DNA of 61,403 nucleotides, the filler included, from Sphacelaria rigidula (taxonomy: Eukaryota), in NCBI GenBank assembly GCA_964200075.2. It is 7 parts of 7 records of this genome, joined end to end, with 100 filler letters (N's around TTAATTAATTAA, not from the genome) between each part and the next. Parts side by side here need not be neighbours in the genome. Positions count along the whole stretch, not along the records: positions 17,575 to 26,260 come from CAXNAA020010380.1; positions 26,361 to 35,046 come from CAXNAA020010381.1; positions 35,147 to 43,832 come from CAXNAA020010382.1; 4 more parts are not named here. One strand, written 5' to 3'. Below are positions 24,900-36,330 of the stretch, piece by piece (positions within the stretch are counted from its first letter, which is position 1; each line of letters starts with the position of its first letter). Position numbers and translations under genes: made by a program. A model generated the notes under the pieces. That model did no database searches, was not told where the DNA came from, and saw only the letters and a program-made list of their open reading frames with translations.

Positions 24900-26140
24900 C
24901 GAGGAACAACTCATCCTGAATGTCAGGGTATCTTGATCTCAGCTTCAGGTGATGGTCTTTCTCTTTTGCACTGGTGGTTTTGAATCTCATGTCTCAGGCC
25001 ACTTCGTTCCCTTCCATAGGAGTAAAACCCAGGGGGCCGGCTTTCACCGATTCTGAAAGAACCGAGTTCAAGCCGGATGTAAAGAGGCATGTTTATGTAA
25101 CCGTCTTCGTTCGGGCTCAAACATACTCCCCCCTGACTGCGGCACATTGCCAGTTTCCGCAGTCAGCCCTCCGGGACTTTTCCATCAGATTAGATGGGCC
25201 CATCATCGTACTGCCCTTCCTCCATGTATGCCGCGATCCATAACAGATGGCGTCCATTCTGCCTATCTTTGTCTCACCCTTTTCTATTACTTTATTCCTG
25301 TGTGCATCCTAAGAACAGTGTTTTGAAATCTCTACTCCAAGGCATGTATGCTGGTCTACGATCGGCAGTTCTTCTTCTCCCCACTTCCATTCGAACTCTA
25401 CCGGGGATTCCTTATTTTCGTTACAGACGAGTACCGTGCATTCGTGAACGTTCGCTGTGACTCTCCATTTCCTAGTGTATTCTGTTAATAGCGCATTGTC
25501 TATCTGTGTCTGTAACCTTCTGGGGTTTCTAAAATCCCCACAAATTTCATTCGCGAACGTCAATCCTGATACTACATCTTCACCCTCCTTGAACCCTTAC
25601 TTTGCTGATTTTATTTCTATTATCAAGCCACTAATAAGTACCTTGAACAAGGTGGGTGATGACGTACATCTTTGTGCAACTCCTTGTAAAATATCAAAGT
25701 ATTTCGATATTTCCCCGTCTAGCATCATGGCACTTTTGGCACTTCCTGTCATCTTCTTCACCATTCTCCATATCTTTCCTCTGATTCCAGCTCCGTACAA
25801 CTTCTTCCATAATCCATTTCTCCATACCGTGTCATAAGCATTTTGCACGTCCAGAAAGAAACCGTACGTTGTCCGTCCGGTGTATTTCCTACCTTGAATA
25901 ATCTTACCTATTGTGTACACACCGTTGGTTTAGATCCTGCTTGTCCCTTGCTGATTTCCTCTTCCATTTTTAGCACCGTCCGTACTCTATCGTTCAGAAC
26001 CTTACAGAAATTTTTTTCTACCGTCCTCAGTAGCGTTATTCCTCCATTGTTTCCTGGGGCAGCTTTGTCTCTTTTTTTGAAAAGGTTGACGACCGCGCCT
26101 TCTCTCCACCTCTTGAGTGTGTACTCGTTTTCCCAGGTCC
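24900..26140 (-). mobile_element. Decayed non-LTR retrotransposon (LINE) reverse transcriptase fragment
   Basis: WREGAVVNLFKKRDK..PGN..GITLL, QAG, FLDVQNAYDTVWRNGLW, GVAQ.C..SPTLF, degenerate FADD (FANE), CLGV. Contains stops and frameshifts. Confidence 0.92.
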
Positions 26141-26260
26141 AGTTATACCGCATAACCATTATTATGGTAATCATCCCCTCCCCCCCGTACTTTCCAAAAA
26201 ACAAAACAAACAAAAAATCACCATCCAACCGCACCCCCCCCCCCTCCCACACCTAAAAGA

Positions 26261-26360
26261 NNNNNNNNNNNNNNNNNNNNNNNNNNNNNNNNNNNNNNNN
26301 NNNNTTAATTAATTAANNNNNNNNNNNNNNNNNNNNNNNNNNNNNNNNNNNNNNNNNNNN
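26261..26360. other. Artificial contig-joining linker
   Basis: 44N-TTAATTAATTAA-44N. Confidence 0.98.
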
Positions 26361-28994
26361 TGCAACCCGTCCAAGCAAGCAAAAAACTCTACGCCCCCCC
26401 CCCCCCCCCTTCCCCCCCTGATGGTGAGACACCCGTGAGGCAGTGTGGAACCCGTGGCTGTGTCTGGAAGTCGCGATACCAGGAAACGACCGATTCATTC
26501 GAGGCTGTCATCCATAAGCAACATAACCAGTACGCTTCGGGCCGAAAAATGTTACCAGGATGTAGCTTACTTCGCGATTGATGGTCGATTGCGAGCCTGG
26601 TCCGGCGAAACCCGGCGTGCTCCGTCCCGGCTTTGTAGCGATGGGGGGTCATTTGTCATATGACTACGGCATGCACGATCACGATTGGCTGGGCTCCGGG
26701 CCGCGCCCCGAGCCGAATGGCCGGAGAAGAGCTGCAGGGAGTNNNNNNNNNNCGCGTGCTCCCCCCCGGCTTTTTGGCCAGGGGGGGGTCTTTGTCCATT
26801 CACCACCGCATTCACGGTCACGATTTGTCCCCCCCCCCCCCCCCCCTTCATTTTTTGGCCCTACAGAGTTTTTACGTCCAAAATCGCTATTAAAGCAGTA
26901 TGAAGGGTTCTGCAAGCCGCTCATTTCCTGCGGGGATGGTCCAACATACACAAACCACCGGTTGGGTGAGCTGGTCTTTTCCTATATAGGGTGCGGCACG
27001 ATCTCCAAGAAATTCCACAACTCAGCCGCCACTCTGGTTTTTCTCTGATCACCATATCAGTTCGACCTTTCTGACTCGCGATCATCTAGTACCAAAGTTT
27101 CCCCAAACAGTATCGATCCTTGCTCCGAGTGGAGGAACATTCAAGACGCGAGCCAGCATAATTTTCAGAAGTGTGACCACGTTTGCCAGCCTTATTCCCT
27201 GGATTTGAGAGTTCTTCCCCCCCTTGCCCCCAGCCAAGTTTGGGCGTGTAGGAAAATTATGGGTGTTGCGCACGCACTGAAAGATATGCCGCCTCCTGGC
27301 AGGAGTGCTGATTTGCACTGAAATAAAGGTCAAGTTGTGATTCACAGGGCGGTGCTCTTTTGCCCACGCTGGCATGCACACATGTACAGTGTTCGTCTCA
27401 TTGGCAAGTTTTCAAGGGTGTCGAAGGGTGTCTTGGGTAGGGTATCTCCCACGTTTGGGATATGTTGCAAAATCGCATTTTGAGTAGCCAAAATTGGGGT
27501 AGTGAGATCGTACTCAACAATGCCCAGATACTAGATACAGCAACAAGATCGTACGTACCTCTACCCAAGATTTTGGTAGAGATTGGAGATCGGACCATCG
27601 TTGTACAGAATTCGGGATGGTGAATACCCTCGGGTGTTTACCTTACCCAAGACACCCTGCCGAGTTTTCCCAAGTGCTGTAGAACCAGGGGGCTACGACA
27701 AAGTTCCTGATGTCAGTAATCGAATTCGACTTTCTCGACAACAATGATACTATTGATTGGCACCGATAGCTGTATCGCTCACGAGGCCTCGTCGGAACCC
27801 GTCGATTGGCCTGCGTTATTATTATTATTTTTTATTGCTCATGCTCTACACCTCGAGCTTGACACGTAGTGATGAGCCCGGTTGTGCAATAACCGTGAGT
27901 TTCTACGGTGTGCGGTTCATTTGCAGTACCGTCGCTGAGTGAGCGCTCATGAGACCGATCTGCCGTCACATTTTGTTCGCAAATGCCTCCCAGTGTTGTT
28001 AATCCCCCCCCTCCTTTTTCTTTACAATCTCGATCACTACAATTGTGGACGGTCGAACGAACTATTCAGGGGTGTTTTGGGGTTTTCCTCGCGTACCACT
28101 CTTCAATAGAACTCGAAATTGCTAGCGTCGATAGATTTTGGTACAATAAACAGATGGTTCTGGGAACACAGTGCCGAAGTCTGTGTTAGTTGGTGTTATC
28201 GGGCGATACGAGTAAATACTCCGTTCATCAGGAGTGTGTTATTGACCGTGAAACACGGTTTTTCGGCTCAAGTGCAATGAAACGAGACGTGTTATTGCAC
28301 ACTTCAAGTGGCGGTGACTCACCTTCAAAACGAGACGTGGGACGCGAAACGATACTGTTCTCACTTCGGCTATCGAAGATCACCGCAAGAAACACCTGTA
28401 CGGCGTTGTCAAATCGTTTTTTAGCAACTACGAGCTTGAAAGCATGACCATCAAATAATCTCATACCATTGGACGACGACAAGACCTCCTCCCCTCGGAA
28501 CAGCTTGTTCTGCGCACATCCCCGTGTTGAATAATCGGGGGAAGGGGTTGAGATCGGGGAGTAACACTTGAATGTATCGAAATCGTATGCACGAACTATG
28601 AGCTTATTGCATCAGTCATTCTCTACGGTGACACCTTGAGCTCACTCCACTCTAGTCAGTTTCACAACTCCCGCACCCATCTCATCATCTATGAACCCTT
28701 TTGGGATAATATTCCAACTAAACGAGGTGACCTTCTGTCGATCAAAGTGTGCCTTGGCAGACCTGAAATCGGCGCTGATTCTAGACAAAAACATATTCCG
28801 GACGAGCTAGGAGCAGGAGCTAGGAGCAGTTGGGACGGTCTGCCCCTCTGAAGATCCGAATATAGGTGTTTATCTAAAATAAAGTAAAATCAAGTACCAG
28901 CCATTGTGTACAACCAATGGGTACGGTCTACTGCACTAAGGGGTTTAGGACTTGGTCTGCACGGAGGGTCCGTTCGTGAATCGGCAGCATTTTC

Positions 28995-29071
28995 CGCCGT
29001 TTTCAAGTAAAAATGATGCCGACTCACAATGGGTCCTCGGCCCTGGTTAGTCCACTCCCCTCCCAAAAGGG
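28995..29071. mobile_element. Truncated piggyBac-like MITE end
   Basis: TTTTCAAGT.AAAATGATGCC is shared with 29858-30007; ends CCCAAAAGGG followed by TTAA. Confidence 0.55.
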
Positions 29072-29857
29072 TTAATATGAGACACTTTGTGTCTTCCCCT
29101 GTGAGCTGGCGAAGTTGCAACGTCGGTCGAATAGGTCCGGCGAGACGCAGAGTGAAGCCATAACTTATCACAACTAGGATGTGTTCCGGTACGAAATGAT
29201 CTGTCTCGGAACCGAGCCGCAGTTGACAAGTTTTGTACCAGCCGGTAGCCTAGCGCACAAGAGAGTAGATGCTGTTGCGCAGTCCATCTGAACCTTGTTG
29301 GTTGTAAAGCCCAGACGACTTGCACACGATAGAAACCTGATTGGTGATGGTACTTAGGCAGACACAGGAGGGTCTTGGGCTGTGTGCAATGGAGAGCAAC
29401 TGTCATACACTCTCCTTGGTTGTAGTTTTAGTAGCAGTTCGACGAAAACCAAGGATTTAGTCTGTACTATGAGACAGTACAGTAAAGAGCCGTTCAAAAC
29501 GGTGCGACTTGCAGTGCAAGAGCGGAGTATACTGGAGGTGTACCAGCAATGTTTCCAAAGCGCTAGAAGTGCTCAGATGTACAGGCAGAGAAACTGTAAT
29601 GTGTCGTTTGCGCACTTGGCAGCATTGGCTAGGGGAACCGGAAACCCACACTTGACATGGGCTGAAGAAGAGCCAAGTGTCTCGTACTCTGAATTCTACA
29701 TACGCTCAAGTATCCAGGCGTCCAGGCGACCAAGCATGCCGTTTCACCGCACGTTGATGCCGATTGACAAGTCGTCGATATCATTCATTCTGAAGGGGGT
29801 TTCTACGTCAAAGAGGTTGGAAAATGGAGCACTTCGGAGATAACTACCTCACATTAA

Positions 29858-30007
29858 CCCTTTTGGGACCCCTTCCCTCCACAATCGTGGGTTAGTGGCA
29901 GGTGTCCATTTATGTTGTTTTCAAGTCAAAATGATGCCAATTCACCAACAATACTCATGGATACCTGCCACTAACACACGATTGTCGGGAGTCAGGTCCC
30001 AAAAGGG
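29858..30007. mobile_element. piggyBac-like MITE, 150 bp
   Basis: TIRs CCCTTTTGGGACC and GGTCCCAAAAGGG, flanked on both sides by TTAA. Also has subterminal inverted repeats ACAATCGTG.GTTAGTGGCAGGT. Confidence 0.88.
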
Positions 30008-30261
30008 TTAAGCGGCTTTGGTCTGGATAAGGTTCTCTCCGTAGGATACCCAGAAATGGTCCAGAATGATTCACTGGCGGTTTTGCCAAACACGCCGCAT
30101 TACAGTACATGTGTTGAAACATTGTTACCTACAGTGGCAGTGGTCACGGTGCGCGCAGCACGAGCAAATAAACATCCCTCAAGAGGTGTTCGCTGTGCAT
30201 CGTCGAAAGAGCAAGTATCACAGATTAAAAATATACCCTTCCCCCCATGATCGACAGCTCC

Positions 30262-30334
30262 GCCGGCTTAGCTCAGTGGTAGTAGCGGCACCTTCGTAAG
30301 GTGTAGGTCGAGAGTTCAATCCTCTCAGTCGGCT
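30262..30334 (+). tRNA. tRNA-Thr (anticodon CGT)
   Basis: Acceptor GCCGGCT/AGTCGGC, anticodon arm GCACC-TTCGTAA-GGTGT, T arm GAGAG-TTCAATC-CTCTC. The D arm has one irregular position. A T-run terminator follows. Confidence 0.88.
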
Positions 30335-30532
30335 TCATTTTTTTTCTCTGGATTTCGTCGGGCTGACCTCCTACCTGACTTGTGTGATGGACATCATCAT
30401 GGCCTGCGTTTTCATTAATCTAAGATAGCTTGGAAAAAAACATGTAATATGCTTGAGTAAAATTCTGCTTCCTGTGTCTTTTGTTCTGTTTTCTGTGTGT
30501 TCTGGCTTCCCGCATGTGTTGACGCGCGGCAG

Positions 30533-30705
30533 GTGGTGGCAGAGTGGAATATGTTAGTACAGGCCGCGAAGACGCGAACGGCTTATCTTTCTGCCTTCCA
30601 TACCTTCGTGTTGGCCAACGTCTTGCGCCGTCCGATCGTGGTCTACGGAGATCGCTTTGTCAGGGGTAAGGACGGGGAGCCGTATGCCCCTTCCGATGTT
30701 CGAGG
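30533..30705 (+). CDS. A20/ZRANB1/OTUD7-type OTU deubiquitinase, internal exon
   Basis: GGCAG|GTG...GG|GTGAGT. EW..L...A and HTFVLANVLRRPIVVYG match the H.FVLA.ILRRPI.V motif of A20-family OTUs. Confidence 0.9.
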
Positions 30706-31102
30706 GTGAGTTTTTGTCGTTCTTGATGTGTGTGTATTTGCTGTGTTGGTCGACCGAAATCGACGCACGCCCACCTCATCCAGCTGAAGCTGTGGTTTTG
30801 GCATCAGTCCCCACTCTTGGGTCTGTGATGTTTTCTAGCTCTCTTTTTTGTTTTGTTTTGGACGGCACTCGTTATCATTCCCCACTGCTCTTCTTGGAAT
30901 ACTACAGCCTGTGAAATGAGATGCGCGGTCTTGTCCGCAACATAGGCTGGTCCCACACGTGTCTGTCGACAAAGTTTGTCGCAGGCTTCTTTTCCTGCGC
31001 AAAAATGCCCAACACTTTTGTCGGGAAGAAGAGAGACCAGTGATTCATTTCCTTCCTCATGGACGGTATCGCTCCCTCTCTAACCCCGACTTAATTGTCC
31101 AG

Positions 31103-31276
31103 GGTATACTTACCGACGCTGTTGTCTGCGAGGCAATGCTACGAAGTCCCCCTAGTGGTCGGTTACACATGCGTCGCGGTGGGGAAAGTGGGACACTTCA
31201 CCGCCCTCGTGGGCATAGAGGGGGAGCTACTCCATCTGCCTCTTGTGGACGAGCACGGCGACGATCTGCCTGTTCG
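31103..31276 (+). CDS. A20-type OTU deubiquitinase, exon with catalytic His (GHFTALV)
   Basis: TCCAG|G...CG|GTGAGT, phase-compatible with the previous exon. GVYLP..L....C...PLVVGY...GHFTALV...LPLVD...LPVR. Confidence 0.9.
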
Positions 31277-31545
31277 GTGAGTGTTTTCAGTTTTTGTTGC
31301 CATTTCATATTCCGAAAGCGTTCGCGGGGTCGATATCTTTCGAGTGATGAATTGTTCCGGCAAATATAAATTTCTTGGCACTCGTGTTCTGCCCGGGCAC
31401 CGTGTTATGACTCACACTACACGGGGGGACACATATCACATTATTTTATCCAAACTAACAGCGCGGGCACCCCCGGCTCGCTGGATAGGTGAACAACGCT
31501 GGGTGAGACAGAGAACGGACTGCGGATTGTTGTTGTCATGATCCA

Positions 31546-31680
31546 TTGTTGTTGTTGTTGCTGTTGTTGTTGTTGTCTTCACATTAAAAACCGTTCCGCT
31601 ACCTGCGCGGTACATTCGTACTGGGCATCTGATGCGGACGCCTTCCGTGGTCACAGGCTAGATACCTATAATAGGGTATG
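31546..31680 (-). mobile_element. 3' end of a (CAA)n-tailed retroposon
   Basis: (GTT)n followed by CTTCACAT..AAA..CGTTCCG...GTACTGGG.ATCTGATGCGGACGCCTTCC.TGGTCACAG, nearly the same as 47861-47980. Confidence 0.65.
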
Positions 31681-31956
31681 GGAAAATCAAACAAATGAAA
31701 AAAACAAAATAGACCTAGGCGGATGGCATTTCCAAAACGATTTTGGTGTGCTCATGAAGGCGATGCCGTACCCTAACTAAGATTTGTCAGGGGGGCTCCA
31801 ACGTCCTGGTCATGAGCGACCATCGGGCATATAACCTGGTTCTAGCGCGGTGATATCACCGCTTACGAGACACTGAAGTATACATGGAGAAAAAAGTCGA
31901 ATCCTGAAGGCATAATACCGGTGAAGTGGAGCGCTGTGGTCATTGTGCTTTATTCC

Positions 31957-32575
31957 CAGGTTGTGTTCTGTAAGGTATGGGTAGGTTCTGAAGGGTACGA
32001 GATTCCTTACAGAACTTACAGAACTGCCGGGTACCGGTACGCAAGTCTTACAGATGTTACTGAACTTGTCGGGTACGGTATGGAAAGCTCACAGAAAACC
32101 GGTACCGGCAATCGGGTAACTCTTTTGGGGTATACCCGCCCCTCGGGTACGGGCAAAGGTTTTACTCAGAACTCACAGAACTGTCGGGTAAGGGTATGGG
32201 AGGTTTAGGTAACTCACAGAACCTGTCGGGTATGGTGTGGAGTTTACACAGAAAACTGTACCCGCAACCGGGTATCTCATCCAGAGTATGCGCGTTCCCC
32301 CGGTAACGGTACGCGGGGCTTACAGAACTCACAGAACTATCAGGTACGGGTATATCGATCTTACAGAGTTTACAGAACTGTCGGGTACCGGTATGGAAAC
32401 CTTACAGAAGTCACAGAACTGTCGGGTACGGGTATGGACGGTTTACAGAAAATCGTACCCTTACCCGAATATTGAATACAGGTATACCCGTGCTCCGGTT
32501 ACGGGTAAGAGAGACTTACAAAACATCCAGAACTATAGGGTACGGGTAATACCCGGGTAAATACCCCGGGTATAC
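31957..32575 (+). mobile_element. hAT-like non-autonomous element with internal minisatellite (TTACAGAACTCACAGAACTGTCGGGTACGG-type units)
   Basis: About ten degenerate units; starts CAGGTTGTGTTCTGTAAGG; homolog at 16874-17155. Confidence 0.65.
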
Positions 32576-34620
32576 ACATGAAGCGCCACGCTAAGGTGAT
32601 TCCACGTAGCCTTTCGGTGTGGTACGCATGCTACGCGAAGAGCATTGATGTGCTCGAACCGCGCATGCTTACCCCCCAAAACACAGTAGGGTGAAAATAG
32701 ATGAAAGTGAGTAACAGAGGAACCAAAGCGAGTAATAGAGGACACGGTCACCGTGAGAACCTTCCCTTTACTGGAAGTTGAAAACGGAAATGATACTTCA
32801 CCAAAAACGACATATTACCGATTGCTACTAAAGTGATGATACATGTACGTGTTGGAGCACGTTGTTGATTTCCACCGACACGACTCGAATTTCAACAAAG
32901 CGAGGAGCAAAGGGTATCTACCCACGCAAGCAAACATATGTGTTGCATTTCACAGCAAAATCCTGCATAAGTACTTCTAGTTTCACTCCAGAACAGAAAC
33001 ATAAAGCGACACAGATCGTGGAGTCGAACCCGACCCGAGGCCACCACAACATCGGCGTCAGCCACGAACCCCCCCCCCCCCCCCCCCCCCACGCCCCCCC
33101 CCGCAGCGCCGCCCGCCTGCCCGGGCCAACCCACNNNNNNNNNNGTCAGTGTTCAACCCACTCAGGCAAGCAACAAATGAGTATGCCCCCCCCCCCCGCC
33201 ACCTTTGGTCTTCATTTATCCCCTTGAAAGCGGAATTTGTACTTCACCATCAGAAACAAAAGTTGCCTATTACTAATCTATTGATTGTACAAACCGTAAA
33301 ATAGACGCTTGACTTCCTCATCTTGGTTGCACGTTTTCGAGCAAGCAACATGATATTGTTGATCCCCACAGACACGACTCGAATTCCAACCATCTGAGGA
33401 GCGAAGGCTATCCACCCACGCAAGCAAATATATAATGTACGGTTCGCAGCAACGCCCCACGTCAGTACTTCTAGTTACACTCAGAAACAGAAACATGAAG
33501 GCGACACAGTCTATGGCGTTGAGCCCGACTGGAGGCCAGTACAACATCGGCGTCAGCAAGGACGAGAAAGTTGCCACCAACATCCTCCCCTTCCCCCCTA
33601 CGCCCTTCTGTTAGTCCTCACTAATGCCCACCCCATCAGCAGTAGGTGCCTCGCTGTTGTTCAGCACGTCGAATGCACCTTCAGCGTCCACCAAGTCGAT
33701 TTCAGCACACCTGTGCGTTTTTCCGAGAAAAATGCAAGGTTGGCCAAAATATTACTGCGACCACTTGTCGAGCCAAATTTGAGTATATTATAGTTTCATG
33801 AAAAAAATTGCGGTGAAAAAGAATATCCGACGCGGTTCGCCCACCTGATTCATGTTCTAAGATGTATTCAAGTGTTATTTAGCATGATTCATGCGCGACC
33901 AGAATGCGAAGAATGGCGAAGCCTAGGCCGTGAAAGGCCGCGTCTTCGCACACCATTTTTCGATTGGAAAGGTGCGGTGGAAAAAAAGAATTTTGATCTG
34001 AAAGGTCGTGATGTCAACCATCATCAGCATGACTTATGATACTTGAAATCACGGTCTATCAGATCGGAGTTTCCCTTTTGCGCCGTGCAATTTCACGGGT
34101 CGGACGAATAGATGATTCGTCTGGAAATTACTTGATTTGAGTGTGATTGATTCGCACCGTACGAATCAATCCTTGGGCTTTATTTTCAGCGTTGCAAGCC
34201 AGGTACGCGCAGCCCAGGCACGCGGAATGGCGCAAAAGTTGCGTGGGAACCTTTTTGACCATCGGTCGACTTTTTTCTCTCTTTTGAGCGATCAGGCCTG
34301 AAAAATCATGGATTTGGTCATCCGAACCGGCGATGATCCGTCCGAGCCGTGTACAATCTCGATAACGTGCTAAGGTCGTGAAACACGCACACAGACACTC
34401 AAGACGCTCTGCATGGAAACAGTGCAGGCGCTCTGCATGCAGGCAGTACAGACTGTACTGTACACGAGCGACCCATGTACCGTTTCACGATTTTTACCAT
34501 ATTTTCTCGATCGAAAGGTTCAAAATTTTCCTTGGACGCAACTCGAGAGAAATGAGCGAATTTCGCCCAACTCATTTTCACCGCCCCCTTTCTTCGATCG
34601 AAATAAAAATTGTGTTACTA

Positions 34621-34972
34621 GAGGTATCTCAAACTCGGCCCCCGGTATCCTGGCTTATTCGTTCGCTCTGAGTTGTGAACTATTTTTTCAAATGAAAGTG
34701 ATGGCGATTCATCAGATGATAAGACCTGGCAGTGAAAGGGTATCATCATCTGATGGATCGCCATCACTTTCACTTGAAAACGTAGAACAAAACGTATCAG
34801 GATACCGGGAGCCGAGTTTGAGATACCTCCAAGCGATTCATCTGATGATGAGACCCTTTCACCCCCAGGTCAGGTCCTCCTATGAATCGCAATCACTTTC
34901 ACTGGAACAATAGCACACAACTCTGCGCCAGCGAATAAACCAGGATACCGGGAGCCGAGTTTGAGATACCTC
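34621..34972. mobile_element. TA-flanked MITE (Tc1/mariner-like) with long TIRs
   Basis: TA|GAGGTATCTCAAACTCGGCCCCCGGTATCCTGG ... CCAGGATACCGGGAGCCGAGTTTGAGATACCTC|TA. A third TIR copy lies at ~34798-34829. Confidence 0.82.
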
Positions 34973-35046
34973 TAATGATATACTTCCTCTGTCCCATTAG
35001 TATAGTCCGTTATGGGCTTTTAATCGTTTGTGCATTCAAACTCTCC

Positions 35047-35146
35047 NNNNNNNNNNNNNNNNNNNNNNNNNNNNNNNNNNNNNNNNNNNNTTAATTAATT
35101 AANNNNNNNNNNNNNNNNNNNNNNNNNNNNNNNNNNNNNNNNNNNN
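35047..35146. other. Artificial contig-joining linker
   Basis: 44N-TTAATTAATTAA-44N. Confidence 0.98.
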
Positions 35147-35180
35147 TAATAATAATAATAATAATAATAAAATAATAAAA

Positions 35181-36330
35181 TTACCTGGTTAGCACATACC
35201 GACTGAGCCCCATAGGCAATTGCTTGGGCATATCACTAGTGTGGTGAGGGGGCAGACAAGGCTTGCACCGAAGCATCGAGACCCGGTTTTTGGGTTCGAC
35301 GCCAGGTTCATCCGTGGGAAAATCCAAATCCAAAAGCTTCTCACCTACTGGTTTATCGTCAGGTGCGGTATCACAGGGCCCAACTGCCAAAATCTTCCAA
35401 GGATCAGTCCAATTCAAGCAAGGCTTCGACTTCAACACCTTATCCGACGACGACTTAGCAGAGCCTGCACCTTGGGTTACAGTTCTCACATCGTTATACA
35501 CCCATGTCCATTCACCTACTTTCCACACCGGACGGTTGTTGACTGCATCATCCAACACGCTGTTTGCCTTAGCTACCTTTGCTGCGTTGATCAAGTTCTG
35601 CTCCCGTACCACCTCATATGCAAGACGAAGACGATTACTAGCAGACATATGATAGTCCACAATGTCCCAATCCAAACTCTGATGACCACCAGGGGGTTTC
35701 CTGTCAAGCACGGTCGGTGGCAACCTGGGCATACGACCAATATGAACTTCATTGGGAGCCAAGCCTGTGGCGGCATTGACGGAGTTGTTGTAGTTCATTT
35801 GGACAAGGGGTAAGTGCAGGTCCCAGTCCATTTGTCGCTCATTGGTTACTGTGGCAAGCATTTGCGCCATCGTGTGATGAACTCGTTCGGTTCCACCGTT
35901 TGTGGACGGATGGTATGAACTAGTAAAAATACGATGGGCACCCAGGAGATGACTGATCGCGGCAGAAAGTTTGCCGGCAAAATGTGGGCCGTTATCGGGT
36001 AACAAACGTTTGGGGACGCCCCACTGAGGGATGTATGTGTACACAAGGACGTTGGCAGTCCCCTCTGCACTATAGCTGGCCTCCGAAACAGCATTCATCA
36101 CAGCATTTCGACTGAACCGATCCGTAAACAACAAAATGGACTTGTTACCACTATCAGTGAGGGGCAGGGGGCCAAAGTAGTCCCATGAAACTATTTCACC
36201 AGGCCCATGGGGGAGGGGCATAGAAATTACCGGCCATCGAACTGTTTGACGCGAAGTTTTGCGTGCTTGGCAAAGAAGACACCGCCGAACCCACCAACGC
36301 ACACATTGGTCCATATAAATCCACCAAAAA
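35181..36330 (-). pseudogene. Gypsy integrase (zinc-binding C-terminal half, DDE core, C-terminal tail)
   Basis: CLLCQARK, WDYFGPLP, FTDRFSR, PDNGPHF, YHPSTNGGTERVH, WDLHLP. Separated from the upstream frame by one extra base in the A9 run at 36326-36334. Confidence 0.93.

Noticed and set aside
31957..32575. CRISPR-like repeat-spacer array
   Set aside because: Units are degenerate and contiguous, there are no unique spacers, no cas genes, and the context is eukaryotic.
32860..33560. Duplicated ~200-bp blocks flanking a 10-N gap (a similar case at 58160-58460)
   Set aside because: They sit next to poly-C/G tracts and scaffold gaps. A diverged local duplication cannot be told from an assembly artefact.
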